This document shows, piece by piece, positions 19,904 through 29,929 of a stretch of 64,000 nucleotides of DNA (its first letter is position 1; each line of letters opens with the position of its first letter). The DNA lies in IMG/VR virus record IMGVR_UViG_3300027973_000028, positions 98,467 to 162,466 of that record. The stretch is one strand, 5' to 3'. The translations under genes and the position numbers were made by a program. The notes under the pieces were generated by a model that had not been told where the DNA came from, searched no databases, and worked only from the letters and a program-made list of their open reading frames with translations. This stretch comes from a virus.

Positions 19904-21208
19904 TTAGAAGGTTCCACCATCAAATGTTATCCCGTCGATGGATCCACCAGTTATCGTAATGTTATTGGCGTTTTGAACCGAAATTGTTCCTAGGCCAAGA
20001 TTAATTCTTGCATTTGCTGCGTCTGTAGCGCCAGTGCCGCCGTTAGCTATTGCTATAGTTGTGCCATTCCAAACACCTGTAACTATTGTTCCAACTGATG
20101 TCAAACTAGAATTAACTATTGTAGAACCAAGTGTTGTATTACTTAATACTAATGTTCCACCAATTTTAAATTCTTTTCCAGCTAAAAGATTAAGATGTTC
20201 AGAAGATGTCCATGCATCTGTTGCATCAACCCAGTTAAATGTTTTGTTTGTTGCGCCAAGTATTGTTATACCAGCTCCATCAGCAGTAGTGTCTGTAGGC
20301 GACGCTGCATTGGCAAGTACAATATTTTTATCTTCTACCACTAATGTTGCAGTATTAAGAGTTGTAGTATTGCCTTGAACTGTTAGATCGCCAGTTACAA
20401 CAAGATTATTAGATATGGTTACGTTAGCTGGAAGGCTTACCGTTATTGCTCCGTTTGCTGCAGACACAGCTATTTCATTAGCAGTTCCAGCTAGGCTAAT
20501 AACTCCACTATTTGTAATGGTTAATGTATTAGATCCATCATTATATGATTTAGATATACCGGTTCCAGCTGTTATTGCAGAGTCAATTGCATCTTGTGCA
20601 GCTTCGTTAAAATCTGAAACTTGACTTGCAGTTATTGCTATAGTTGTATTTCCTGCTGCTGTCAATCGACCCTGCGCATCGACTGTAAATGTTCCCACTG
20701 TTCCAGCAGCCCCGTAAGATCCTAATGTTACAGATGTATTATCAAGATTAACCGTTACTGTATCTGAAGTTGTAGCCGAACTTAATCCTAAGCCACCCAA
20801 AATGCTAAGAGTATCTACTCCTGATGTTATTGTTTGACTTGAACCTGAATCACCTGCGACAGTAAATGATGTTGCTACGTTTGAAATATTTGAATTAATA
20901 TTTGCAATTAGACCATCAACATAGAGTTTTGTTGTTGGATGTGTGTTTGCAGTTGGTGTTGGAACAACTATTGTTCCAGAAAAAGTTTTATTACCAGATA
21001 TTGTTTGTTCTGTCCCAAGCGTAGCATATGCTCCATAGCCTGCAATCGCTATGACATTGGTGGCAGTGCCACCGGCTCCGCCAGTTCCTTTTCCATAATA
21101 AAGGGTATTGTCCGCTTCGTTAAATGCTAATTCAGCATTCTCAAGACTCCCTGGGGCGCCTGCTGCTTGTTCGCTAGACCTTCTTTTGATCCTTAGTGTA
21201 TTAGCCAT
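19904..21208 (-). CDS. Tail fibre/virion protein
   Basis: IKRRS...PGSL..AELAFNE N-terminus; TVDAQGRLTAAG and IANGGTGAT motifs; ends DGGTF. Confidence 0.8.
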   Translation of the reverse strand: MANTLRIKRRSSEQAAGAPGSLENAELAFNEADNTLYYGKGTGGAGGTATNVIAIAGYGAYATLGTEQTISGNKTFSGTIVVPTPTANTHPTTKLYVDGLIANINSNISNVATSFTVAGDSGSSQTITSGVDTLSILGGLGLSSATTSDTVTVNLDNTSVTLGSYGAAGTVGTFTVDAQGRLTAAGNTTIAITASQVSDFNEAAQDAIDSAITAGTGISKSYNDGSNTLTITNSGVISLAGTANEIAVSAANGAITVSLPANVTISNNLVVTGDLTVQGNTTTLNTATLVVEDKNIVLANAASPTDTTADGAGITILGATNKTFNWVDATDAWTSSEHLNLLAGKEFKIGGTLVLSNTTLGSTIVNSSLTSVGTIVTGVWNGTTIAIANGGTGATDAANARINLGLGTISVQNANNITITGGSIDGITFDGGTF

Positions 21209-21210
21209 TT

Positions 21211-21549
21211 TTAAAAATTCCCTCCATCAACAAGATTTGACTCTGCATAATTGATCCACTGAGAACCGTTATAACGCAAAACTTGACCATTAGCAACTGA
21301 ATTTATAGTAACATCAGTAAGACCATTTAAAACCGATTGAATTGAAACATTTGCTTCTACGGCGACAATTCTATCCTTTACTGTTAAATGCGAACCAGCT
21401 GGATTAATACCCACAACAGTCTGTATTGCCTCAACGGCGTCATTCAGATCTGAGTGCTGTTGATGATGGGGTACAGTATTAGAATTAAGGGTATCGGTAG
21501 ATGCCGGATTAATTAAATTATCTAATGCCGATGGATATCGAATGGCCAT
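21211..21549 (-). CDS. Virion structural protein
   Basis: YPSALD...H..LNDAVEAIQ...LTDVTI...GQVLRYNGSQW. Confidence 0.7.
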   Translation of the reverse strand: MAIRYPSALDNLINPASTDTLNSNTVPHHQQHSDLNDAVEAIQTVVGINPAGSHLTVKDRIVAVEANVSIQSVLNGLTDVTINSVANGQVLRYNGSQWINYAESNLVDGGNF

Positions 21550-21557
21550 TTCTTCTC

Positions 21558-21971
21558 CTATATTGATAGTATTTTATTACTATCATTACTCCAATTTATA
21601 GTAACAGCTAACGGACTATTACTACCCTCAAAGGGTAGACCATCCGAAGTGTCTATATAGAATATCAATCTTGAATTTGAATCAGAAGATCCCACTTGAT
21701 ATAAAACTATTGCATCAAAAGAACTTCCAGAATATGCAGATGTAGATACGTCGTCTGCATCGAGAATACCATTTGTTGTTGTTTTATTCGTTAAAACTGA
21801 TGATCTTTGCTTAATTGCAGATGAAGAAATATTGGACACAAACTCATCAGTATTTTGATTTGCCGTATAAGTTGCTGTATTTATAAAAAGTATTTTTAAA
21901 TCATTTGTATCAACAGCTATATCTCCATTTAAAAGAGCTTCTTTAGCTTTTTTATAAATAAAATTAGCCAT
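21558..21971 (-). CDS. Virion/tail structural protein
   Basis: Position and the K..LL.G.I....D.K....DADD pattern seen in phage tail proteins. Confidence 0.6.
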   Translation of the reverse strand: MANFIYKKAKEALLNGDIAVDTNDLKILFINTATYTANQNTDEFVSNISSSAIKQRSSVLTNKTTTNGILDADDVSTSAYSGSSFDAIVLYQVGSSDSNSRLIFYIDTSDGLPFEGSNSPLAVTINWSNDSNKILSI

Positions 21972-21973
21972 AA

Positions 21974-22750
21974 TTAAATACCTACATCTTTTGATATTTT
22001 AATTCTATATTTGTAACCTTTTTCAAAATAATTTTTACCTTCCGTAGAATAAGAAGGGGTTGCATCATTTAGTGAAGGGAAATCTACATAGACTTCAGAT
22101 TTCCAAGAGTGCATACTAATTTGTGCTGTTACTTTTTCCCATCTAGATGGAGCTCTTTGTACTAATTTTCTTTGACATGTAAAATATTTATTATTTAAAA
22201 AGTTAGAGGCCGGCCTATCACTGAATGTAACTATAACTCTTCCGTTATTGTAATCATTATATAAATAGAATTCTCCATCTGCCGGATCAGTTTCTACTAT
22301 ATAAAATAAAGGATTTTTTGCAAGTATCTGATAACTTACATCTATATCTGTTTTAATTGATTTATCTTGTATTAAAACAGGAACTAAACCTGGATCAGTA
22401 ATCTCTGTCGTGTTAGGTGTTGCGCCACAACCAGACCAAGTAAATTCTATTTCTTCTGTAGAAACTATGTTTCCAGAAGCATCTACTAAATTTTCTACTG
22501 TTATACAGTATTGTGTATCCTCAACTAACTCTGTTGTTCTCCAGTAAAGAGTTAAAACTCTTGAGATTTGATTATAATCTTTTATTGTATTAATAGCTTC
22601 AAATGGAGCTGATACCTGAGTTGGTGTTGCTCCAGCGACAACTAACCCAAAATTTTCATTTTTTAATGAAGATATTTTTACAGTTCTACCAAATTTGATA
22701 GATACTAAATAACACCCGACTGAAGCTTGGTCAACTAAATATAAGGCCAC
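21974..22750 (-). CDS. Virion protein (Ig-like, head-associated)
   Basis: Directly downstream of the capsid gene; beta-rich. Confidence 0.55.
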   Translation of the reverse strand: MALYLVDQASVGCYLVSIKFGRTVKISSLKNENFGLVVAGATPTQVSAPFEAINTIKDYNQISRVLTLYWRTTELVEDTQYCITVENLVDASGNIVSTEEIEFTWSGCGATPNTTEITDPGLVPVLIQDKSIKTDIDVSYQILAKNPLFYIVETDPADGEFYLYNDYNNGRVIVTFSDRPASNFLNNKYFTCQRKLVQRAPSRWEKVTAQISMHSWKSEVYVDFPSLNDATPSYSTEGKNYFEKGYKYRIKISKDVGI

Positions 22751-22805
22751 TTAATTCTCCAAAAAGATAAATTAACTATAATAGTAAGTGGTTTATCGCA
22801 AATAC

Positions 22806-22846
22806 GAAAATAGGGGGTGGAGATTTCTCTCACACCCCCCACTTTC
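22806..22846 (-). terminator. Intrinsic terminator after the major capsid gene
   Basis: GGGGGTG..GAGA/TCTCCACCCCC hairpin followed by TATTTT on the - strand. Confidence 0.65.
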
Positions 22847-22883
22847 TAGGGATTCGTAACTATAACTAACCCTAAGGATTATA

Positions 22884-23948
22884 TTAGCTAAGTGTAACCT
22901 GATTTGTAACTTGTACTTCGTAGTTACGAGCAAGGTTAATATTCTTGGCCACTGTAATTCCTTCACCATCACCAAGCATCACGATGTCGTAACGCTCTTT
23001 CATCTTCATCTGACGAATGTCGCGACTTGGATCAGCGAACTGATCTGTGGTCATGTCATCCTTGACAAGAAGTGAACCGACTTCATTGCGGTCAATCAAG
23101 AACACGTCAGACTTAGCTGGCGTTGCACCCGACTTTGCAGTGAAGCTTACGAATGGTGATACGATTACATTCAAACCCATAGGAGCGGTGTTGTTTAGTG
23201 CACCTTCTCTTGAGTCTGGACGGTAACCCCAACTTGTATTGACTGCTGCTGCAGAACCACCTGTGTGGAAGATGGCATCCTTGAGGAATACCGACCACAT
23301 AAGTGGGTGGAGGATAAAGTCTGTTGGGACATGATTTTCTGCCATAAGAACAGCAGCCATGTCGACAACATCATCCCAGTGAAGAGTGTCGTTGAACTCG
23401 CCATCGATCCCTCTACCGGTTGTGCTATCGTAACCGCCATCAGCATTGTCGAACACAATTGTAGCTGCGTCCTTGAAACGTGACAAGGCAATTTGTTCCT
23501 TAAGACGAGCCATTGCTCTACCTGCAGCGCGGACGTGAAGGCCTACGATATCCCAGAGTGAGTCTGAAATGACTTCTTCTGTAAAGGAGAGCTTGACGCC
23601 CTTCTTGGATACTTTGCCTTCAATCTGCTTTGCAAAGGCGAGCGCTTGCTCTGGATACTCTTGGCCCTCAGGAATCTCTGCTGCTTGAATAGCATTGACT
23701 GCTGGGAACTCGAGTGAACGGCCCTTACCTAGGCGTACTGTCGAGAGAAGTGGAGTCACAAGAAGTTGTGGCTCTGCTGCCTCTTTAAGTGTACGTGAAA
23801 TAACCTTTGGGAAAAGTATTGCTGCATCAGGTGATGCAAATGCTTCCTTAATAGTTACTCTATTATTTTCGTCTATATGCCCGTCCTCGGTTAAAGCGTT
23901 CTCCCAAGCTGGGAGACCCGAGAGGAGCTCTTGGATTGTCTTACTCAT
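22884..23948 (-). CDS. Major capsid protein (HK97 fold)
   Basis: AAEIPEGQEYP, K.GV.L.FTEEVI.DS.WD, ILHPL.W, KERYD; codon usage of a highly expressed gene. Confidence 0.9.
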   Translation of the reverse strand: MSKTIQELLSGLPAWENALTEDGHIDENNRVTIKEAFASPDAAILFPKVISRTLKEAAEPQLLVTPLLSTVRLGKGRSLEFPAVNAIQAAEIPEGQEYPEQALAFAKQIEGKVSKKGVKLSFTEEVISDSLWDIVGLHVRAAGRAMARLKEQIALSRFKDAATIVFDNADGGYDSTTGRGIDGEFNDTLHWDDVVDMAAVLMAENHVPTDFILHPLMWSVFLKDAIFHTGGSAAAVNTSWGYRPDSREGALNNTAPMGLNVIVSPFVSFTAKSGATPAKSDVFLIDRNEVGSLLVKDDMTTDQFADPSRDIRQMKMKERYDIVMLGDGEGITVAKNINLARNYEVQVTNQVTLS

Positions 23949-23975
23949 CTTAGGAATATTCCTCCTGTTTAATTT

Positions 23976-24737
23976 CTAAAGTGTTAGATTGACACGGAAT
24001 GCGCCAATCACATTATTTACGTCCAAATTAGAACGTATACCCAATTTACCTGAGAATGAACCCGAGCGTGTAAGCTCGTATACAGTTTTCAGGGCACCTG
24101 GATCTGATGGCAACTGCATGTAGGAGAGAAGGCCGTCATCAAAGTTTGTAGCAAACTTCTCAACCTCAACTACCTTACCTACTTGCAACCATGGGTAGCT
24201 ACCACAATCGTTCTTTGAAAGAACTACTGGGCGGCCCATATGGTCTGCCTTAATTAATGAACCAACAGTTACATCGTTATTAACGAGATTAACCATTGGG
24301 TACTCAACGTATCCATGAGTAATGAATCCAGCGCCTTGCGAAGTGCCTTTATCAAACGGACGGTAGAGGTCATACTGAGCACAACCAATTGGGATTGATC
24401 TAAGCTCTACTGAAACTGTATCAGTTGCACCCGAGCTGTATGATGGTGTTGCACCATCCAAAGGATCCCACGATGCTGGCATCGTGTCGCCCCAAGTTAC
24501 TGCAGAACCTGTTCCGTTTGCAGGAACAATTCTTGCATCACCGCTAGCATCTGCAACGACCGAAAGAATTGTACCCTTAGTGATTACAATTTCAAAACGA
24601 TCATCTTCTGAATCTGAATACCATGTTGGCAATCCTGCTGATGGAAGCAAGTAGGCTGCTGGTGCAATACCAGGAGAGACTACAAAACGACCAGCACCTG
24701 TTTTAGTGCCAACTTTACGAAATTTAGCTAATGACAT
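23976..24737 (-). CDS. Capsid decoration/cement-like protein
   Basis: Lies between scaffold and capsid genes; VITKGTILSV, G.LIKAD..GRPV, QVGKV pattern. Confidence 0.6.
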   Translation of the reverse strand: MSLAKFRKVGTKTGAGRFVVSPGIAPAAYLLPSAGLPTWYSDSEDDRFEIVITKGTILSVVADASGDARIVPANGTGSAVTWGDTMPASWDPLDGATPSYSSGATDTVSVELRSIPIGCAQYDLYRPFDKGTSQGAGFITHGYVEYPMVNLVNNDVTVGSLIKADHMGRPVVLSKNDCGSYPWLQVGKVVEVEKFATNFDDGLLSYMQLPSDPGALKTVYELTRSGSFSGKLGIRSNLDVNNVIGAFRVNLTL

Positions 24738-24760
24738 TTAATATCTCCTTAAAGTTGTGA

Positions 24761-26522
24761 TTAGAGTTTACGACGACCCATGAAGGCATCTACAAAAAGT
24801 TGTTCAACAGCATTGGTCTTTACTTCTTCAATTTCTTCTTCTTGCTTATCTGAAAATATAACATTTTGTTCATTTTCAACAGCAATTTCAGAATTGATTT
24901 CTGGCATATTAACACGCTTTGTTTTTGTAACAGGCATGCTTGCCAAATCTCTTAAAGAATCAGCCAAAGAAGAAGCTGTTCTATTTGAATGATCAGCTAT
25001 TAGTTCTTCTCTTGCTTCATATGACTCTATTCCGTTTGCAATTTTTGCATCTACAACTCTTTCAACAAGAGTTCTATGCAATGCATTCTTGAGTTTCTGA
25101 TTTTCTTCTTCGAGGGACTGAAGCTTCTTTGTTTTGTCATCGACATCTTGCTCAGAGGCTTGCTCATCGGCTTTTATTGTGCCAGTGAGGTCTGTCTTTG
25201 ACTCTTCAGTCTTCTCATTTTCTTTAGAAGTAGTAGTCTCAGAAGAATCAACAGTATCAACCTGTTCTTCTTTTGAATCTAAAACCTCTTCAGATCCTTT
25301 AGCATCTTCTTTCGCTACTTCTTCAGTTTCATTTGAAGTTGTATCAATTACTGATGCTTTTACGTTTTCTAAATCTTTAATTTTTGCAGAAAGAATATCA
25401 ACCAAAGATTCATCTTTGTTTTCTTTAGCAATTTTTAGTGCATTATCCAATGCTACTATTAAATCTGAGCCATCATTTTCTTTTGATTCATTGGACTCAT
25501 CTTTAGCAAGTACTTCTTCTTCTGTTGCAGCTTGCTCTTTGTTTTGCGCTGCATCCGTAGTTTCCTCTGACGAGGATGGAGAAGTTGCTTGAGATAGATC
25601 TTGGCTAAGCTCTTCAACCGTAGCCAATATATCTTCATTCTTGACTTCATCATTCATGTTTAATTTCTCCTCAAGAATATCTTTCTTATGATTCTCAACA
25701 TATAGTAATGAATCATTAGTATATTTGTAATCTTCGCTTTCGTGAATCGCATAAGCCGTTAAAAAAGCCCCCTTCAAATGCATATAAAGAGGTTTTGATT
25801 CTTTAGATTTAAGGCCTTTTAATATTGATTTATGTTCTTCAACCGAGTAAATTTCTTCTTCGTTCATGCTTAAAACAAAAGCCGAACTCCTTGCTACCCA
25901 GTCATTTGATGAATTCTCAACCTTAACATCTTTATTTCCGGCTTTTCTTACGCCAGACTTAGAATCTGCTGGTTGATTAACAAAAGAATATTCCTTAAAG
26001 GATATATCTTGCATATCTACAAAGGCCAGTTTACCCTTATAAACTTGACCTCTTTTAAATTTAGCCAATTTTGGTCTGCCGTCTTCGGACTCTGCGGCCA
26101 AATCTTCTCCGGTAATTGAGCATACTGCTTTGCCGGCTCTACCGCCTACTGAGCCAGTTAAATATCTTTTATCTAAAACTTTTTGTATTGCGTTAGGATC
26201 AGTGATAGCAACCTGTAACCTAACAAATGAAGAACCATCTTCTTCTTTGTCCATCTTTGCTGCCATAACTCTGCCAATTGGCTCGGAGTTCAAATCATGA
26301 TTAAGTATGATTGGTTTCGGGTATGGCTCAACCCATGATTGTAAGGCGTTTTCTAATGCTTGAGCTGAATAATTGTTATAGTTAGCTGTTAATCCGTTCG
26401 TGGATTGCAGCTACCTCAATTATCAAACCTTTATTTAAATTTTCTGATTCAGAAAAATTAAAATCTACACCAGAAAAATCCGGAAGTTGAACCCTAAAGG
26501 TTTCAACAAAATCAAAGGCCAT
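24761..26522 (-). CDS. Prohead protease-scaffold fusion; needs a +1 frameshift at CGG-A (26396)
   Basis: ATG 26522 after GGAG; ...AAIHE then +1 GLTANYNNYS...PYPKPIILNHD...PIGRV; TGSVG, C.I.G, EYSFVNQPAD protease motifs; acidic coiled-coil C-terminus. Confidence 0.88.
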
Positions 26523-26596
26523 TTATATCTCCATTTTTAAGAACTATACGTATAGTAATTTGTTTTTATAACATTAAACAATTTTATATGATTATA

Positions 26597-27376
26597 TCAG
26601 ACTTTTAGTAGGTTTTCCAAAAATTCAGAACTTCTCTTATCACCATTGCGTTTATACTCATCTAAGTGTGCCGGAGACATAATATGAGGTGCATAGATAT
26701 AGGATGCACTAAACAACGAAAAATTATTTTTAGTTGCATTAGCTGACCAACCCAAATCCTCTCCCTGTTGATGGAATACATAATCTACATTATTGTAAAC
26801 ATCTTTAGACATCATTTTTGCAGCCATTATTATATCTGACTGAAAAAAAGATCCAAGTGGATATGATTTTTCTCTGTATGCCATTTCGCCAACTTTATCT
26901 TTCCAGCTCATTACGCTTGGGAATTGATTGCCTACTGGAGTCATATACATAAGAGGGGAAACTGCATCGGCTCCGGCTTTAATGTGTGCTATTAATAGTT
27001 CTAGTGTGTTTGGATTTTCCAATAAAATATCTGAATCCAAACTTAGATAATAATCTGGTTGATGTTCTCTGACTGTTTGAAGAACAGAATTTCTTAAAGA
27101 AATCATATTATGATATTTAGATAGTGTCCATTGTCTTCCATTGTTTTTGTGTTCATAATGATTAATGTCATTTCTTTCATTAATCACAAACAAAGGAATT
27201 CTTGGATCTAGCTTTTTCCAAGCATGAAGTGCTTTGGTGGTGGCAATATCATCAGGAGCAGTTTCAAAAACAAAACCAATATTAGAAATATCTAATGATT
27301 GCTTTAATATACATCTGATCCATTGAGATAAAATCCAATCTCTTTTGTAGATTGGACATCCTATAATAAGTTTCAT
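26597..27376 (-). CDS. GT-A fold glycosyltransferase
   Basis: IGCP, LRN, LSLDSDILL (DxD), GEDLGW. Confidence 0.8.
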   Translation of the reverse strand: MKLIIGCPIYKRDWILSQWIRCILKQSLDISNIGFVFETAPDDIATTKALHAWKKLDPRIPLFVINERNDINHYEHKNNGRQWTLSKYHNMISLRNSVLQTVREHQPDYYLSLDSDILLENPNTLELLIAHIKAGADAVSPLMYMTPVGNQFPSVMSWKDKVGEMAYREKSYPLGSFFQSDIIMAAKMMSKDVYNNVDYVFHQQGEDLGWSANATKNNFSLFSASYIYAPHIMSPAHLDEYKRNGDKRSSEFLENLLKV

Positions 27377-27379
27377 TTT

Positions 27380-27691
27380 TTATTCAGCTGTTTTAGTTTC
27401 TTTTTTTACTACTGGTTTTGCTGGTTCTTTTTCATCTTTTTTAGATGCAGACTCTGCTAGCAAATCTATTTTTTGTTCTTTATTCTGTGCTACTTCTTGT
27501 GAGGCGACTTCTTCTTCTTCAGGTTCTTCCATCAAAACTTGGAAACCTTCCATAAAGGCATCGACTATTTCAACTAGAATTTGTAATGCAAGTCTTATTT
27601 GATTATTTGCTACAGCTTTTCTAAAGCCTTCAATTGCATCTTCTTCAAGAAGAAATTGTTTTGAAATTTCAGAATTAATCATTAAACTCAT
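27380..27691 (-). CDS. Hypothetical protein
   Basis: ORF coupled to the portal gene. Confidence 0.6.
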   Translation of the reverse strand: MSLMINSEISKQFLLEEDAIEGFRKAVANNQIRLALQILVEIVDAFMEGFQVLMEEPEEEEVASQEVAQNKEQKIDLLAESASKKDEKEPAKPVVKKETKTAE

Positions 27692-29366
27692 TGGTGTTTT
27701 TGTCCTTAATTAAATTTTCAATTGGATTTTCGTCTTCATTAGTATACACTACATTATAGTCTTTTTCTAGCGCATTTTCAATTGCTGATAACCAAGACAT
27801 ATCAGATCTTCTAATATTTGGAGAACTATTTCTGCCATTTTGATTTGCTGGTCTTACTGAGTTACCAGTTCCTCTTCTATTTGAAGGAAGATTTCTTTGA
27901 CCCTTAGGAGCAGAAGCTTGTTTGTCTCCATCCTTTTTAACATCAGTAGCTTTAGCTGGAGTGTTTTGTGCTGCTATTTTAGCCTGAGCTTGAGCTATAT
28001 CAATTTGGACTCTACCCTGTATTGACGGAAACAAATTCTCCTCATCAACTTCTGGATCTAAACCAAGTTCTACTCTTGCTTCGTCTAAGCTAATTAGTGA
28101 ATTAGCATATTTTTGCATGATATGTGTTTCTTTTTTAACCTGAGTATCAACATCAATTTCTTTAAACTTAAAGAAGCATCTGTCTGACACAGTTTCTTCG
28201 ACTGGATTAACTATAGGATCATAACCAGCTTCGAATAGAAGTTCATTAAATATGTGAAGTCTAATCATATCAGAAAATTGTTTTTGATATTGTTTAACCT
28301 TATCGTATAGCGCAACATCTAATCGATCAGTTACCGATCTATTGCCACCATTCATCATCATGCCGAGATGATGAGGGGAAACACCAAGTCCTACTGCAAC
28401 TCTTTCCTTAAAGTGCTCAAGGTAGCTTGATGCATCAAGTGCCTCTTTACCAGAACCAACAATTTCTATATCATGTCTATGGGGCAAGATCAACCCACCC
28501 TCTGATCTTAGATTTTCTATTTCTGCGGCCGCTCTATCAATTTCATCTGGCTCAGCTGGCTGTTCTGGAGTTCCAATTCTATATTTATATAGCGGGAACA
28601 ATTCTCTATGAACTAAATTTTGGATATCTTCTTCTATTTGCCTAAGAGCAACAACGTCATCTAAAACTGTTGTAAGGAATGGGGTTCCAAAAGCTCTTCC
28701 AGTTTTTCTGTCGACACTTATATGTATAACCCTATCTGCAGACCAAACTGGATTTTTATTTGTAGGAGAATACGTTAAAGGATCTGTCATCTGCTCATAC
28801 ATCTTTGGCCTATTATGCTTATCCCTCATTATTCTGACTTGTTCAGTGGGTATAAGATAATAGCCAACAATTGACTCAGTTCCAGATATAGGATTTAATT
28901 TTGTTGGGAAATATTCTGATATATCGGCGCGTGCTTTTACAATAAAAACATTTCCATATTTAAATAACTGATCTGAAACTTCTAATAAGAAATCTGAAAA
29001 TGGTCTTTTCATAGCCATTTCCATAAAATCTATTCTTTGGTATAAATACGAAACTGCTTCTGGATTTTCTCCGACAATTTGCCAGCCTTCTTTCCAAAAC
29101 AATTCTTTATATTTGTTTAAAGCTTGTTTAACATACGAGTCTGTATCAACAGCCTGCATTATTCTTTCAAAGTCATATGGAGACGGCTCAAAAGTACTTC
29201 TAGTATTATACCAATACGTAGAACCCTGATAGCCAAGTGCTAGTGTAGCAACTTTCATCGTCTTTGAGATTGTTTTTACATCTTCTGGTTCTATAGTTCT
29301 AGCTATAAAATCAGAGTTAGAAAAACCTTCTACTTGACGAAAGGGTATATAATCTTTTAAAGCCAT
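27675..29366 (-). CDS. Portal protein
   Basis: L.KYGNVF, VIH.....G.AFGTPF, GLGVS...LG, ISLDEARVELGLDP. Confidence 0.88.
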   Translation of the reverse strand: MALKDYIPFRQVEGFSNSDFIARTIEPEDVKTISKTMKVATLALGYQGSTYWYNTRSTFEPSPYDFERIMQAVDTDSYVKQALNKYKELFWKEGWQIVGENPEAVSYLYQRIDFMEMAMKRPFSDFLLEVSDQLFKYGNVFIVKARADISEYFPTKLNPISGTESIVGYYLIPTEQVRIMRDKHNRPKMYEQMTDPLTYSPTNKNPVWSADRVIHISVDRKTGRAFGTPFLTTVLDDVVALRQIEEDIQNLVHRELFPLYKYRIGTPEQPAEPDEIDRAAAEIENLRSEGGLILPHRHDIEIVGSGKEALDASSYLEHFKERVAVGLGVSPHHLGMMMNGGNRSVTDRLDVALYDKVKQYQKQFSDMIRLHIFNELLFEAGYDPIVNPVEETVSDRCFFKFKEIDVDTQVKKETHIMQKYANSLISLDEARVELGLDPEVDEENLFPSIQGRVQIDIAQAQAKIAAQNTPAKATDVKKDGDKQASAPKGQRNLPSNRRGTGNSVRPANQNGRNSSPNIRRSDMSWLSAIENALEKDYNVVYTNEDENPIENLIKDKNTNEFND

Positions 29367-29422
29367 TATTGTCTCCTATAAAAACTAATTAAAATAGTAC
29401 TAATTTTAATAGTTTTTATAAC

Positions 29423-29626
29423 TTAGTTTTGTGAGATGCCGGCTTTGTCAAAGGTATTCTTAATAATAAGTCCCTTAACTGATTCAAGCCAAAAAATCGT
29501 TTCAGCCTCAGAAAAGTCAGAACGATACGAAAGATTCTTATCACTAATCTTAATTTCAACTACGAACTCAGTTTTTACTGGATTGCTTTCATTTGTTTCT
29601 GTTGTTACTTCATTATTTTCACTCAT
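29423..29626 (-). CDS. Hypothetical protein
   Basis: ORF with SD AAGGA. Confidence 0.55.
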   Translation of the reverse strand: MSENNEVTTETNESNPVKTEFVVEIKISDKNLSYRSDFSEAETIFWLESVKGLIIKNTFDKAGISQN

Positions 29627-29627
29627 C

Positions 29628-29876
29628 TTAGTGTCCTTTTTGTTTTTCTATTATTGCTGTTAATTGCTTTATTGTAGCATCTTTTATTACTACCTCAGTC
29701 ATTAATTGAGATAGTTTTTCTTGAAAAGATGCTATTATTAAATTAATATCTAAATTAGAATCATTATTATTTTGTGGATCAAAACTTTCCGATAATTGCA
29801 TTGAATGTTTTTCCTCTATTGTTTGTTGTTCAAACATTAAATCTTGTTTATTTTTTTTGATAAACAGTTTTGACAT
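29628..29876 (-). CDS. Hypothetical coiled-coil protein, probably leaderless
   Basis: TATAAT ends 6 nt before the ATG. Confidence 0.55.
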   Translation of the reverse strand: MSKLFIKKNKQDLMFEQQTIEEKHSMQLSESFDPQNNNDSNLDINLIIASFQEKLSQLMTEVVIKDATIKQLTAIIEKQKGH

Positions 29877-29929
29877 AAGTATATTATATACTATCTTTCA
29901 ATAGTAGTTTTGTCAATTCTAGTATAATA

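Noticed and set aside
7523-25592. Many plus-strand ORFs antisense to the fibre, capsid and scaffold genes
   Set aside because: Shadow ORFs arising from Thr/Ser/Gly/Glu codon bias; no SD sequences or recognisable motifs.
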